Shown here: one piece after another, positions 49,999-61,494 of the stretch
How the letters are laid out: every line of letters begins with the position of its first letter
Numbering within the stretch: the first letter of the stretch is position 1
Assembly: GCA_963666975.2 (NCBI GenBank)
Contig: CAXVYR010000004.1
Span: forward strand, 992,001-1,056,000
Origin: Terriglobia bacterium
GTDB taxonomy: Bacteria; Acidobacteriota; Terriglobia; 2-12-FULL-54-10
DNA: 64,000 nt
Direction of reading: 5' to 3'
The notes under the pieces: model-generated
Databases searched by the model: none
Seen by the model: only the letters and a program-made list of their open reading frames with translations
Told to the model about the DNA's origin: nothing
Program-made: the position numbers and the translations under genes

Positions 49999-52344
49999 AT
50001 GTCGCAGGCGAAATATGTCGGACAGAAAGTGCTGCGGAAGGAAGACCCTCGGCTGCTGACCGGAAAAGGCGCCTACGTGGATGACGTTCACCTTCCCCAT
50101 ACGGCCCACATGGCGCTGTTGCGCAGCCCCCATGCCCACGCCCGCATCCTGCGTTTGGACGTCTCCCGCGCTCGCGCTCTCGAAGGGGTTCTGGATATCG
50201 TGACCGGGCCCGACATCCGCGGCAAGCTTGGGAAGATTCCCTCGGCGGTGGCCCTTCCCGATCTGCGCGTTCCGGACCACTATCTGCTGGCCATCGACCG
50301 CGTGCGCTATGTGGGCGAGCCTGTGGCGGCGGTGGTGGCCGAGAACGCCTATATCGCCAGGGACGCGCTCGATTTGATCGAGGCGGACTACGAGCCGTTG
50401 CCCGTGGTGACGGACCCGGAAAAGGCCCTCGAACCCGGCTCACCGGTGATCCATGAACAGTGGGACAGTAACATCGCCGGCACCTACAAGCTGGAGTCGG
50501 GCGACGTGAAGCGCGCTTTCCGCGAGGCGGACCGGGTAGTGAAGATCCGTCTGGTCAACCAGCGCCTTTCTCCCGCCCCCTTGGAAGGCCGCGCCGTCCA
50601 GGCCAGCTACCAGCAGGGGGAAAAACTGCTGACCGTCTGGGCCGCCACCCAGGGACCCCACTCCCAGCGGGCTCGCATCGCGAGGTTGCTTCGCATACCC
50701 GAAGACCGGGTTCGGGTCATCACCATCGACGTGGGCGGCAGCTTCGGGAGCAAGATGAATGTTTTTCCCGAAGACGGGCTGGCGCCCTTTCTGGCGATGC
50801 GGCTGGGGCGTCCCGTCAAGTGGATCGAAACCCGGCGCGAAAGCCTGCTCGCCACCTTCCATGGCCGGGGTCAGATCAACTATGCCGAGCTGGCCCTCAA
50901 CCGCAAAGGCCGAATCCTGGGACTCAAGTGCCGCTCGGTCGCCGACGTGGGTGCTTACCTGCAAATGTTGACGGCGCTGATTCCTTCGACGACGGTCACC
51001 ATGGCGGTGGGATGCTACAAGATTCCCGCCGTCTCCATGGAGCTGACCGAGGTGTTCACCAACAAAATGTCCACCGACCTCTATCGCGGCGCGGGCCGTC
51101 CGGAAGCGACATACATTCTGGAGAGGGCCATCGACTCGGCAGCCGCCGAGCTGGGGCTCGACCCGGCGGTCGTCCGGAGCAGAAATTTCCCGAAACCTTC
51201 GGAGTTCCCTTACACCACGCCCACCGGCTTGGTTTATGACTCAGGCAATTATCAGCGCTCGCTGAAAAAAGCGCTCGCCCTGGCCGGCTACCAGAAGCTG
51301 CGCGAGCGGCAGAAACGGATGCGCAAGCAAGGGAGGCTGCTGGGCATCGGCATCGCCAGCTATGTCGAGATGTGCTCCATAGGGCCGGCCAGCGCCAGCC
51401 CCGCCGGAGGAGGCTGGGAGAGCGCCACCGTCCGTGTCAGTCCCTCCTGCAAGGTCACCGTCCTCACCGGCTCCTCTCCGCATGGACAAGGCGGTGAGAC
51501 CACCTTCGCCCAGATCGCAGCCGAGCAGCTTGCCGTGCCCTACGAGGACGTGACCGTGTTGCACGGCGACACGGCGGCCGGACCGCAGGGAACGGGAACG
51601 TTCGGCAGCCGGACAACCGCCGTGGGGGGAGCGGCCGTTTTCATGTCGGCGGAGAAGATCAAGGCAAAGATGCAAATCCTGGCGGCACACCTGCTGGGCG
51701 TCCGCCCCAAAAACGTCGTCTGGCGGAACGGGAAGCTCGTTTCCAAAACGAATCCCAGGAAGCTCAAGACGTTCCATGAAATTGTCCGGGCAGCCTACAT
51801 GGGTAAAAACCTGCCGCGTGGTATGGAGCCGGGTCTGGATGCCACAAGCTATTTCAGCCCCCCGAACTACACCTTTCCCTTCGGGGCGCACGTTTGCGTT
51901 GTCGAGATCGACACGGAGACGGGCGAGGTGAAGTTTGTAAAATACGTGGCCGTGGACGATTGCGGCAAGGTCATCAACCCATTGTTGGTCGAGGGCCAAG
52001 TGCAGGGAGGAATCGCTCAGGGGGTGGGGCAGGCCCTCTATGAGGAGACCGTTTACGATGAGAACGGGCAACTGCTGACCGGAAGCTTGATGGATTACGT
52101 CATGCCCAAAGCCACACAGGTTCCGCAGTACCTCTGCGACCGCACCGTGACGCCGACCGACGTGAATCCCCTGGGGGCCAAGGGCGTGGGCGAGGCCGGA
52201 ATCATCGGATCGACGCCTGCGGTGGTCAACGCCGTGGTCGATGCGCTGGCCCCTTATGGGGTCCGGAATCTGGATATGCCTTTGAAGCCGGAAAAAATTT
52301 GGAAGATTCTGCGGAGCAGCCGCGCGGGTGTTGCAGGCTGCTAG
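49999..52344 (+). CDS. Molybdopterin-binding large subunit, CoxL form II-like molybdo-hydroxylase
   Basis: EDPRLLTG, VGGSFGSK, LYRGAGRPEA, HGQG, GQVQGG, GAKGVGE. Confidence 0.9.
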   Translation: MSQAKYVGQKVLRKEDPRLLTGKGAYVDDVHLPHTAHMALLRSPHAHARILRLDVSRARALEGVLDIVTGPDIRGKLGKIPSAVALPDLRVPDHYLLAIDRVRYVGEPVAAVVAENAYIARDALDLIEADYEPLPVVTDPEKALEPGSPVIHEQWDSNIAGTYKLESGDVKRAFREADRVVKIRLVNQRLSPAPLEGRAVQASYQQGEKLLTVWAATQGPHSQRARIARLLRIPEDRVRVITIDVGGSFGSKMNVFPEDGLAPFLAMRLGRPVKWIETRRESLLATFHGRGQINYAELALNRKGRILGLKCRSVADVGAYLQMLTALIPSTTVTMAVGCYKIPAVSMELTEVFTNKMSTDLYRGAGRPEATYILERAIDSAAAELGLDPAVVRSRNFPKPSEFPYTTPTGLVYDSGNYQRSLKKALALAGYQKLRERQKRMRKQGRLLGIGIASYVEMCSIGPASASPAGGGWESATVRVSPSCKVTVLTGSSPHGQGGETTFAQIAAEQLAVPYEDVTVLHGDTAAGPQGTGTFGSRTTAVGGAAVFMSAEKIKAKMQILAAHLLGVRPKNVVWRNGKLVSKTNPRKLKTFHEIVRAAYMGKNLPRGMEPGLDATSYFSPPNYTFPFGAHVCVVEIDTETGEVKFVKYVAVDDCGKVINPLLVEGQVQGGIAQGVGQALYEETVYDENGQLLTGSLMDYVMPKATQVPQYLCDRTVTPTDVNPLGAKGVGEAGIIGSTPAVVNAVVDALAPYGVRNLDMPLKPEKIWKILRSSRAGVAGC

Positions 52345-52356
52345 TGCGAAGTGCTG

Positions 52357-52413
52357 GGTAGCCACGGCAAATCGGCGGTTTCAATTTGCCGTGGGCCTGT
52401 AAATTTGGAAATG
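52357..52413. repeat. GTAG-type REP
   Basis: ggtagccacggcaaat..atttgccgtggg; degenerate inverted copy at 53440-53467. Confidence 0.8.
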
Positions 52414-52433
52414 TTCCAAGACGATTTCTAAAG

Positions 52434-52481
52434 CGGCTTCACCATTCGTGGATAGTCTGAGCCGCGCGCGCGAGCAAGCGG
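52434..52481. repeat. Empty (uninterrupted) allele of the 19408/14214 element
   Basis: cggcttcaccattcgtggatagtctgagccgcgcgcgcgagcaagcgg. Confidence 0.75.
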
Positions 52482-52560
52482 GCACTTAAGCCGTTTTTTC
52501 AAACTGCCGGTGCGGAGTTGACGGAGAGGGAAAGCCGAAGAGGAAAACCGGAAAGGAAAT

Positions 52561-53430
52561 ATGTTCCCCGCAAATTTTGAGTATCGATGCCCCGCGAACA
52601 TCTCAGAGGCGCTCGGCCTGCTGAGTGAACACGGCGAGAACGCCAAGCTTCTGGCCGGAGGGCAGAGCCTGATCCCGATACTCAAGCTGCGGCTGGCGGA
52701 ACCCCAATTGCTGGTGGATATCGGGCGGCTGGCGGAACTGCGGGAAATCCGGGAGACGGACGATTCTTTCCAGATCGGCAGCCTGGTGCGGCACGTGGAG
52801 ATTGAACGCTCCCAGCTTCTGGCGCGGGCCTGTCCGCTGCTGCCGGAGACGGCTTCGGAGATCGGCGACGTGCAGGTGCGCAATCGCGGCACCTTCGGCG
52901 GCAGCCTGGCCCACGCCGACCCGGCGGGAGATTTTCCGGCGGCGGCGCTGGCGCTAGAGGCGCGGCTTACGGCCTCAAGCACCGATGGGCAACGGAGCAT
53001 TGCAGCGCAGGATTTCTTTACTGGCCTGATGACGACCGCGCTCCGCCCCAATGAGATTCTGACCTCGATTGCCGTCCCGAAGCAGGGAGCGCGCAGCGGC
53101 TCGGCGTACGTCAAGCTGCACCAGCAGGCTTCCGGCTTTGCTATCGTCGGCGTGGCCTCGATTGTGAAGCTCGATGCAGCGGGCAAGGTGGAGGACGTCC
53201 GTGTGGGAGTCACCGGCGTTGCGGACAGGCCTTACCGGGCGAGGGGCGTAGAAGAGAGGCTGCGCGGGAGAGTTGCAGGCAGCAAGGAAATCCGCGAGGC
53301 TGCTGCGCTCGCCGCCGACGGGGTGGAGCCGCTCGGCGACATCCACGCCTCAGAAGAATACCGCAAGGACTTAGCCACCGTGTTTACGGCCCGGTCGCTG
53401 TTCAAGGCGGTGGAGCGGGCGAGAGGGTAG
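52561..53430 (+). CDS. FAD subunit, CoxM family
   Basis: LAGGQSLIP, QVRNRGTFGGSLAHADP, DIHASEEYR. Confidence 0.93.
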   Translation: MFPANFEYRCPANISEALGLLSEHGENAKLLAGGQSLIPILKLRLAEPQLLVDIGRLAELREIRETDDSFQIGSLVRHVEIERSQLLARACPLLPETASEIGDVQVRNRGTFGGSLAHADPAGDFPAAALALEARLTASSTDGQRSIAAQDFFTGLMTTALRPNEILTSIAVPKQGARSGSAYVKLHQQASGFAIVGVASIVKLDAAGKVEDVRVGVTGVADRPYRARGVEERLRGRVAGSKEIREAAALAADGVEPLGDIHASEEYRKDLATVFTARSLFKAVERARG

Positions 53431-53475
53431 GTGAAAAATCCACGGCAAATTGAAGCTGCCAATTTCCTTCCAGTT

Positions 53476-54042
53476 TCACGCCCTATACCGCTCCATGATC
53501 TTGTCCCACTTGCCCTGAGCGCGGAGGATGAAATCGAGCGCCTCCCGCACCGCGCCCCGGCCGCCTTCCCGCCGGGTGACCATGTGGCAAACTTCTTTGA
53601 TTTCAGGCTGGGCGTTGGCAGGTCCCACGGCGAAGCCGACACGCCTTAAAACGGGCAGGTCCTGCAGGTCATCGCCGATATACCCGATCCGCCTGTCCTC
53701 CAGCTTCACCGCCGCGCGAACTTTTTCGTAGGTTTCGAGTTTGTTCCAGCTTCCCTGCTCGACAATTTCCATACCCAATTCTTTGGCGCGCGCCGTGACG
53801 CTTTCCGAGCGGCGGCCCGTGATGATCCCCGTCCGCAGGCCCACGCGATGTACAAACGTGATGCCTACGCCGTCGCCCACGTCGAACATTTTCACCTCTT
53901 GCGGCTCGCCTTGCTGGTTGGGGATAAGAATGATGCGCCCGTCGGTCATCACGCCGTCCACGTCCATCAGGATCAACTCGACGCGCCGTGCACGCTCTTC
54001 TGCGTCAGCACTGTAATAAGGGCTGCGATAGGCTTCAGTCAT
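53476..54042 (-). CDS. kdsC: KDO 8-phosphate phosphatase
   Basis: DVDGVMTDG, ITGR, IGDDLQD, GGRGAVRE. Confidence 0.93.
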   Translation of the reverse strand: MTEAYRSPYYSADAEERARRVELILMDVDGVMTDGRIILIPNQQGEPQEVKMFDVGDGVGITFVHRVGLRTGIITGRRSESVTARAKELGMEIVEQGSWNKLETYEKVRAAVKLEDRRIGYIGDDLQDLPVLRRVGFAVGPANAQPEIKEVCHMVTRREGGRGAVREALDFILRAQGKWDKIMERYRA

Positions 54043-54062
54043 AGGTGATCAGGAGACAGGAA

Positions 54063-55172
54063 TCAGAACATCTGCGTAGTCCACAGGTCATGGATTTGGA
54101 GCAGGCCTTCGAGACGCCCTTGTTCGTCTACAACCGGGAGAAAGGTAATTTTCCGGGACTCCATCAGGTTCAGCGCGCGCGCGGCCAGCTCCCTGCGGCC
54201 GATGCTCAGCGGATTGCGCGTCATGCACTCGCCGGCAGTCACAGCAGTCATCAAGTTTTCCTTGGATCGGAGCAGCCGCCGGAGGTCGCCGTCGGAGATG
54301 ACACCCACAAGCTTCTGTCCGTCCTCGACGACCCCATTTTTGACAACCCCGTCCTTGACGACCACATCCTTAACAACCATGGTCATGCCGAATCCCTTGC
54401 GCGACATCTCCTCGACGGCCTTCGCCATTGGGTCTTCGGGCCGCACGACGGGGACAGCCTCCCCCTCGTGCATCAGGTGCTCCACCCGCTTCAGCTTGCG
54501 CCCCAGCGCCCCGCCCGGATGCAGTTCGGCGAAATCCTTCTCCTGGAAACCCTTCCGCTCCAGCATCACCACCGCCAGCGCGTCGCCCATGGCGAGCGAA
54601 GCCGTTGTGCTGGCCGTCGGGGCCAAGTTCAGCAGGCAGGCTTCCTTTTCAATGCTGACGTCGAGCATCACGTCGCTGGCGCGGGCCAGCGTGGACTCCG
54701 GGTTGCCGGTCATGCTGATCAACGGAATGCCCAGCCGCTTGACGCGCTCCAAAAGCCGGATGAGTTCTTCCGTCTCCCCGCTGTAGGAAAGCGCCACCAC
54801 GGCGTCGCCCCGGACCATCATGCCCAGGTCCCCGTGGATGGCTTCGGCGGGATGCAGGAAAAAAGACGGGGTGCCGGTGCTGGAAAACGTGGCCGCGATC
54901 TTCTTGGCCACCAGGCCGGACTTGCCCATTCCGGTGACGATGACGCGGCCGCTGATGCCGGAGAGCAACTCCACGGCCTGCTCAAAGCTGCTGTCCAGCC
55001 GCTCGACCAGCGCGGCGACTGCCCGCGCCTCGGTCTCGAGCACCTTGCGGGCGGTATCGAGTACAGCGGAACCGGATGGAAGCGGCTGCCTCGATGAGAC
55101 GGAATGCCCAGACTGGCTTGGCGGAACCGTTCTCTTGACGGCGGTTGGGCGCTTTGTCTTTCTCACAGCCAT
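54063..55172 (-). CDS. kdsD: Arabinose-5-phosphate isomerase (KpsF/GutQ family)
   Basis: TGMGKSG, HPAEAIHGDLG, APTASTT, HPGG.LG, CBS pair. Confidence 0.93.
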   Translation of the reverse strand: MAVRKTKRPTAVKRTVPPSQSGHSVSSRQPLPSGSAVLDTARKVLETEARAVAALVERLDSSFEQAVELLSGISGRVIVTGMGKSGLVAKKIAATFSSTGTPSFFLHPAEAIHGDLGMMVRGDAVVALSYSGETEELIRLLERVKRLGIPLISMTGNPESTLARASDVMLDVSIEKEACLLNLAPTASTTASLAMGDALAVVMLERKGFQEKDFAELHPGGALGRKLKRVEHLMHEGEAVPVVRPEDPMAKAVEEMSRKGFGMTMVVKDVVVKDGVVKNGVVEDGQKLVGVISDGDLRRLLRSKENLMTAVTAGECMTRNPLSIGRRELAARALNLMESRKITFLPVVDEQGRLEGLLQIHDLWTTQMF

Positions 55173-55188
55173 GGCAGAATCATTCTCC

Positions 55189-55292
55189 CGACAATCTTCC
55201 CGGCCATCTTTACAGCCCTTGTCACAACCCTTGTCACAATTATTTATTCAACTATTTATACAACTGTCTTTACGCCTATTTTACAGCCAGGG
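55189..55292. repeat. Degenerate 12-bp tandem array between kdsA and kdsD
   Basis: cggccatcttta cagcccttgtca caacccttgtca caattatttatt caactatttata caactgtcttta cgcctatttta cagccagg. Confidence 0.8.
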
Positions 55293-56126
55293 CCGCACCA
55301 CGCGGTCCATCTCCAGCAAACGCTCCAGAAGGCGCGCGAGTTGCGAAAGCGGCAAGGCGTTGGCGCCGTCCGATAGCGCAGCGGCGGGATCGTCATGCAC
55401 CTCCATGAAGAGGCCGTCCACTCCCGCTCCCACGCCGGCGCGGGCCAGCGGTTCAATGAACTCCGGCTGGCCGCCGCTCGCCGTGCCCGCTCCGCCCGGC
55501 AACTGCACGCTGTGGGTGACGTCGAGCACCACCGGGTAGCCAAAGCCCCGCAGAACGGGCAGCGAGCGCATATCCACCACCAGGTTATTATAGCCGAACG
55601 AAGAACCGCGCTCGGTAACGAGTATCTTCTCGTTGCCCGTGCTGCGTATCTTCTCCACGCCGTGCCGCACCTCCTGCGGCGAGACGAACTGCCCCTTCTT
55701 GATATTCACCGCGGCCCCACTGCGTCCGGCGGCAACCAGCAGGTCCGTCTGCCGGGAAAGGAAGGCGGGAATCTGGATGACGTCGCAGACCCCGGCTACG
55801 GCCTCGACTTGTGAAACCTCATGGACGTCGGTCAGCACGGGGACGCCTGTCTCCTGCTTCACGCGCCGGAGAGCTTCGAGGCCTTTCTCCAGGCCCGGCC
55901 CGCGATAGGACTGGAGGCTGGTGCGGTTGGCTTTGTCAAAGGAGCTTTTGAAGATCAGCGGAAGCTTCAGGCGGCGGGTGATCTTCGAGATGGCATCCGC
56001 CATGCGGAGGACGTGCTCGTCGCTTTCGATGACGCAAGGACCGGCAATCAGGAACAGGGAAGATCCCCCTCCTGCCGGAACGCCCCCCACTGAGCCCCCC
56101 ACGAAAATGGGTTGGTGTTCGCTCAT
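55281..56126 (-). CDS. kdsA: KDO 8-phosphate synthase
   Basis: IAGPCVIES, KSSFDKANRTS, NIKKGQF, DVTHSVQ, SDGAN; start ATG 56126. Confidence 0.96.
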   Translation of the reverse strand: MSEHQPIFVGGSVGGVPAGGGSSLFLIAGPCVIESDEHVLRMADAISKITRRLKLPLIFKSSFDKANRTSLQSYRGPGLEKGLEALRRVKQETGVPVLTDVHEVSQVEAVAGVCDVIQIPAFLSRQTDLLVAAGRSGAAVNIKKGQFVSPQEVRHGVEKIRSTGNEKILVTERGSSFGYNNLVVDMRSLPVLRGFGYPVVLDVTHSVQLPGGAGTASGGQPEFIEPLARAGVGAGVDGLFMEVHDDPAAALSDGANALPLSQLARLLERLLEMDRVVRPWL

Positions 56127-56179
56127 GCGATCCGGCCCGCCAGGGCTGCTCCCGTCTGTCTTAGTGACTGAGTGATTTG

Positions 56180-57865
<1,686 letters not shown>

Positions 57866-58201
57866 CAAACCTCCTCGAACAAAGTAGCCTGGGTTCTTAC
57901 GGCGGCTCCCACGGCAGTCCCCGAACCCTGGCTGGCCCCAGCGCATTCCGAGCATTCAACCGAGGTGGACATTTCTAAACAGGCGCGGTGAAAAAACCAG
58001 CGAATCCAGTAAATCCGGGGAAGCCCTTGAAGCAATTCCCTTTGCAGGTTTTCCGGCAGGGCTTGGACCCGCCCGACACCCGTAAAAAAGTCATTTTATC
58101 ACATGGCGTTGTTCTATAGTAGAATCGTTACAGGTTGTTAGGCTCAGTGGCCTGTTATATGATGAAGGCTTCTGAGATGGACGTTCCCTCTGAGGACTAC
58201 G

Positions 58202-59146
58202 ATGGTCCAGAACCGCAAGATCGGATGCGTGGCGGCTTTCCTGTTGCTGGTTTTCTCCGGCGGTGATCTCCGCTCGCAGACCGATGTCGCCGAAACCAGA
58301 GAGCGTCCCATCCGCGTGGACGTGGAGCTGGTGCTGGTCAACGTGAGCGTCATTGATCCCTACAACCGTTTCGTCACCGGCCTCGGAAAAGAACACTTCC
58401 AAATCTTCGAGGACAAAAAGAAACAGCCTGTTCTGCACTTTTCCAACGAAGACGTCCCCATCTCGATCGGTCTGCTCTTTGACGCCAGCGGAAGCATGTC
58501 CGGCAAAATGGACAAAGCGCGGATGGCGGTGCAGCAGTTCTTTCGCACCTCAAACCAGGAAGACGAATTTTTCCTGATAGACTTCAACGACCGGCCTCAC
58601 CACGTGGTCGACTTCACCCCGGATGTGGATTTGCTCCAGAGCAAGCTGAGCTTTACCGAGGCCAAGGGCCGCACCGCGTTGCTCGACGCCATCTATCTGG
58701 GGTTGAACGAAATGCGCAAAGCACGACACACCCGCAAAGTGCTGCTCGTCATCTCCGATGGAGGCGATAATCACAGCCGGTATACGGAACGGGATATCAA
58801 GCGCGTGGTGCGGGAAGCCGATGTGCAGATTTACGCCGTAGGGATCTATGAGCCGTACTCCAGCCGCAGCCGCACGCCGGAAGAGCTTGCCGGACCTTCC
58901 CTGCTGACCGAGATTGCGGAGATGACGGGAGGACGGCAATTCCCGGTGGAAAACCTGAACGACTTGCCGGACATCGCGCGGAAAATCGGACGGGAGCTGC
59001 GGAACCTCTACGTCGTCGGATATGCCCCCAGCAATGCCAAGCGGGATGGGAAGTGGCGGAAGATACAGGTCAAATTGAACCCGCCCAGGGGACTGCCGCC
59101 GCTCCACCTCTATAACAAATCCGGGTATTATGCGCCGTTGCAATAA
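58202..59146 (+). CDS. VWA domain protein, acidobacterial (TIGR03436-like)
   Basis: RVDVELV, DASGSM, TALLDA, ISDGGDN, DGKWRKI, GYYAP. Confidence 0.9.
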   Translation: MVQNRKIGCVAAFLLLVFSGGDLRSQTDVAETRERPIRVDVELVLVNVSVIDPYNRFVTGLGKEHFQIFEDKKKQPVLHFSNEDVPISIGLLFDASGSMSGKMDKARMAVQQFFRTSNQEDEFFLIDFNDRPHHVVDFTPDVDLLQSKLSFTEAKGRTALLDAIYLGLNEMRKARHTRKVLLVISDGGDNHSRYTERDIKRVVREADVQIYAVGIYEPYSSRSRTPEELAGPSLLTEIAEMTGGRQFPVENLNDLPDIARKIGRELRNLYVVGYAPSNAKRDGKWRKIQVKLNPPRGLPPLHLYNKSGYYAPLQ

Positions 59147-60233
59147 AGCTCACCGACCGCCTGCCAAGGTCTTTTTTCCTGGGTTTGCCCGAAAAGCCTT
59201 TCCCTCGCTTTGCGCCCTTCTGTTCCTGCTGCCGGCTGCGCTTTGGGCGCAAGGACAGCAAGCGAATGCGGTTCTCGCCGACAACCTTGCCGATAACAAT
59301 GACGCAACACGAGCGGCAAAGTCCCCGGACTCGGTTCCGCCCGCCCGGAATGCCAGCCAGCAGGAAGGGTTCCGCCTGCGCGTGGAAACGGACCTGGTGG
59401 TATTGCACGCCACCGTGCTCGACAAAATGGGGAAGCCGGTTACCGAGCTGACCCGGGACCACTTCCAGGTTTACGAAAACAATGTGGAGCAGCAACTGAA
59501 GGTCTTCAAACAGGAGGACACTCCCGTTTCGGTGGGAATCCTCGTGGACAACAGCGGCAGCATGCGGGACAAGCGAAAAGGGGTCAACGCGGCGGCTCTC
59601 CAGTTTGTCCGGTCGAGCCATCCTATGGATGAAGTCTTCATAGTGAACTTCAACGATGAGCCGTTCCTGGACACCGATTTCACCGACAACCTCAAGCTGC
59701 TGGAGGAAGGCCTGGAAAAAATCGATTCGCGCGGCGGCACGGCGCTTTACAGCGCGATTGACGCCTCGCTGAAGCACCTGAGCGAAAAAGGCACACGGGA
59801 CAAGAAAGTCCTGCTGGCCGTAACCGACGGAGAGGACAACGCCAGCCGCTTGTCTTTAGAGGAGATCGTCCAGGCCGTGCAACGCTCCGATGCCGTCATC
59901 TACACGGTGGGGCTGCTCAGCGGCGAAAGTTCCCGCTCGGTGCGGAGAACCAAACGGGCGCTGGAGGCCATCTCTCAAGCGAGCGGCGGGAAGGCCTACT
60001 TCCCCGGAAGTCTCAGCGAGGTTCAGAGCATCGCCAGCAACATTGCCGCCGATATTCGAAATCAATATGTCCTGGCGTACACACCCACCGCTTTGGTCAA
60101 GGACGGAGCTTTTCGCAAAGTGGAAGTAAAGCTCCGCGCCCCGAGAAAATACGGCAAACTTTCCGTTCGCACCCGCACCGGCTATTACGCCGACCCGCAA
60201 TCGGGTGACCAAGCCAGAGCCGACAGTCTGTAA
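59130..60233 (+). CDS. VWA domain protein, acidobacterial (TIGR03436-like)
   Basis: DNSGSM, GGTALY, TDGEDNAS, QYVLAY, RTRTGYYA. Confidence 0.9.
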   Translation: MRRCNKAHRPPAKVFFPGFARKAFPSLCALLFLLPAALWAQGQQANAVLADNLADNNDATRAAKSPDSVPPARNASQQEGFRLRVETDLVVLHATVLDKMGKPVTELTRDHFQVYENNVEQQLKVFKQEDTPVSVGILVDNSGSMRDKRKGVNAAALQFVRSSHPMDEVFIVNFNDEPFLDTDFTDNLKLLEEGLEKIDSRGGTALYSAIDASLKHLSEKGTRDKKVLLAVTDGEDNASRLSLEEIVQAVQRSDAVIYTVGLLSGESSRSVRRTKRALEAISQASGGKAYFPGSLSEVQSIASNIAADIRNQYVLAYTPTALVKDGAFRKVEVKLRAPRKYGKLSVRTRTGYYADPQSGDQARADSL

Positions 60234-60382
60234 CGGAGACGCCGCCGGCAGCAGCAGGGTGGCTTGCATCCGCGATACCATGTATTGAAAACCTGCGAAG
60301 GCGGGGACGGATTTCCAGCTTTGACGATCCTGCCCCTTGAGGGGGAGGGAGCGGACTCAAACCCACTCAAGGAGAATTACTC

Positions 60383-61285
60383 ATGCGCAGGCTAGGAACT
60401 TCTTTTTATGGCGGCCCCGGATTGGCCGGCTATGGGAAAGCTCCGGTTGGTTTTTCCAATACGCGGCAAGCTTGCTCCACTATCCGAGCACGAGCCGGAT
60501 TTCTTTTGCTTGCGTTGCTGGCCGCTCTGGGCTGTTCCTCGCAAGCTCCCCCCAGCCAGCAGCAAGTATTGCCGCCCGACCCCGGCAAGGAAGTCGCAAC
60601 GAGGATGATTGAAGCGCATGGCGGGCTGGAGAGATGGCAGTCCGCGCCCACGGTCAGCTTTGAGGTCGCGCCGCAACCCTCCGGGGCGGTTACTCGCGTG
60701 ACGGTGGAACAAGGAGCGCGCCGCGCCTACCATGATTTTCCAGGGACCGATACGCGGCTCTCCTGGGACGGCAACCAAGCCTGGAGCGAGAATTGGACGA
60801 GCCGTCAGTCTCCCCGGTTTGCCGCGCTGCTGAATTACTACTTTATGAATCTTCCCTGGCTGACGGCGGACCCCGGCGTGATCCTCGGCGAGCCCGAAAC
60901 CGGCACGCTCCTGGACGATCCGACTGAATATATCACCGTGCGGATGAGCTTTGAACCCGGCGTGGGAGATACGCCCGAGGACACTTATCTTCTGTATATT
61001 GACCCGACCAGCTATCGCCTGCACGCAACCGAGTTCACCGTCACCTATGGCCGCGCAGAAGCAAGCGAGCCGCGAGTGCTTGTTTACGAAGATTACACGA
61101 CGGTGGATGGGTTGACGGTTCCGACCAAGGCTGTTTCCTACAGAAAAGACGGTTCGTCTTCGGGCATCCGAGAGGTACGCAACTGGTCCTTTAGCGCATC
61201 CTTCGATGAATCGCGGATGGTGATGCCCGCAGATGCGGTGCTCGATACCTCCAGCCCCACCCCGGAGGGCGAAGCGCCACAATAA
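60383..61285 (+). CDS. Putative lipoprotein
   Basis: Lipobox LAALGC; IEAHGGLERW, YYFMNLPW, VGDTPEDTY; start uncertain. Confidence 0.75.
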   Translation: MRRLGTSFYGGPGLAGYGKAPVGFSNTRQACSTIRARAGFLLLALLAALGCSSQAPPSQQQVLPPDPGKEVATRMIEAHGGLERWQSAPTVSFEVAPQPSGAVTRVTVEQGARRAYHDFPGTDTRLSWDGNQAWSENWTSRQSPRFAALLNYYFMNLPWLTADPGVILGEPETGTLLDDPTEYITVRMSFEPGVGDTPEDTYLLYIDPTSYRLHATEFTVTYGRAEASEPRVLVYEDYTTVDGLTVPTKAVSYRKDGSSSGIREVRNWSFSASFDESRMVMPADAVLDTSSPTPEGEAPQ

Positions 61286-61393
61286 TGCAAGACGGCGGCG
61301 CCAAACCTTGGTGGGTAGTGCCACAGGGAATGGGCTGCGCTGGACCTGTTTCCGTGAAGGTATATAACAAGTCTGGCTATTGACAACCCGATT

Positions 61394-61471
61394 CAGAGCC
61401 GCGACTCCTTCGGCTTCGCTCAGGGCAGGCCGTGAGGGAGCGGTCAAATGGTGTTTTTCAACAACCTGCTA
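61394..61471. repeat. REP-like element with an inverted 24-25 bp insert
   Basis: cagagccgcga[ctccttcggcttcgctcagggcagg]ccgtgagggagcgg..tttttcaacaacctgcta. Confidence 0.8.
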
Positions 61472-61494
61472 ACGAAGGGAGAAACAGATCGAGC

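Noticed and set aside
49999-52344. Aerobic CO dehydrogenase form I
   Set aside because: Active-site loop is LYRGAGR, not AYXCSFR; S-L-M order; no coxDEFG
55189-55292. CRISPR or replication-origin iterons
   Set aside because: 12-bp contiguous degenerate units, no spacers, no recognisable DnaA boxes or rep gene
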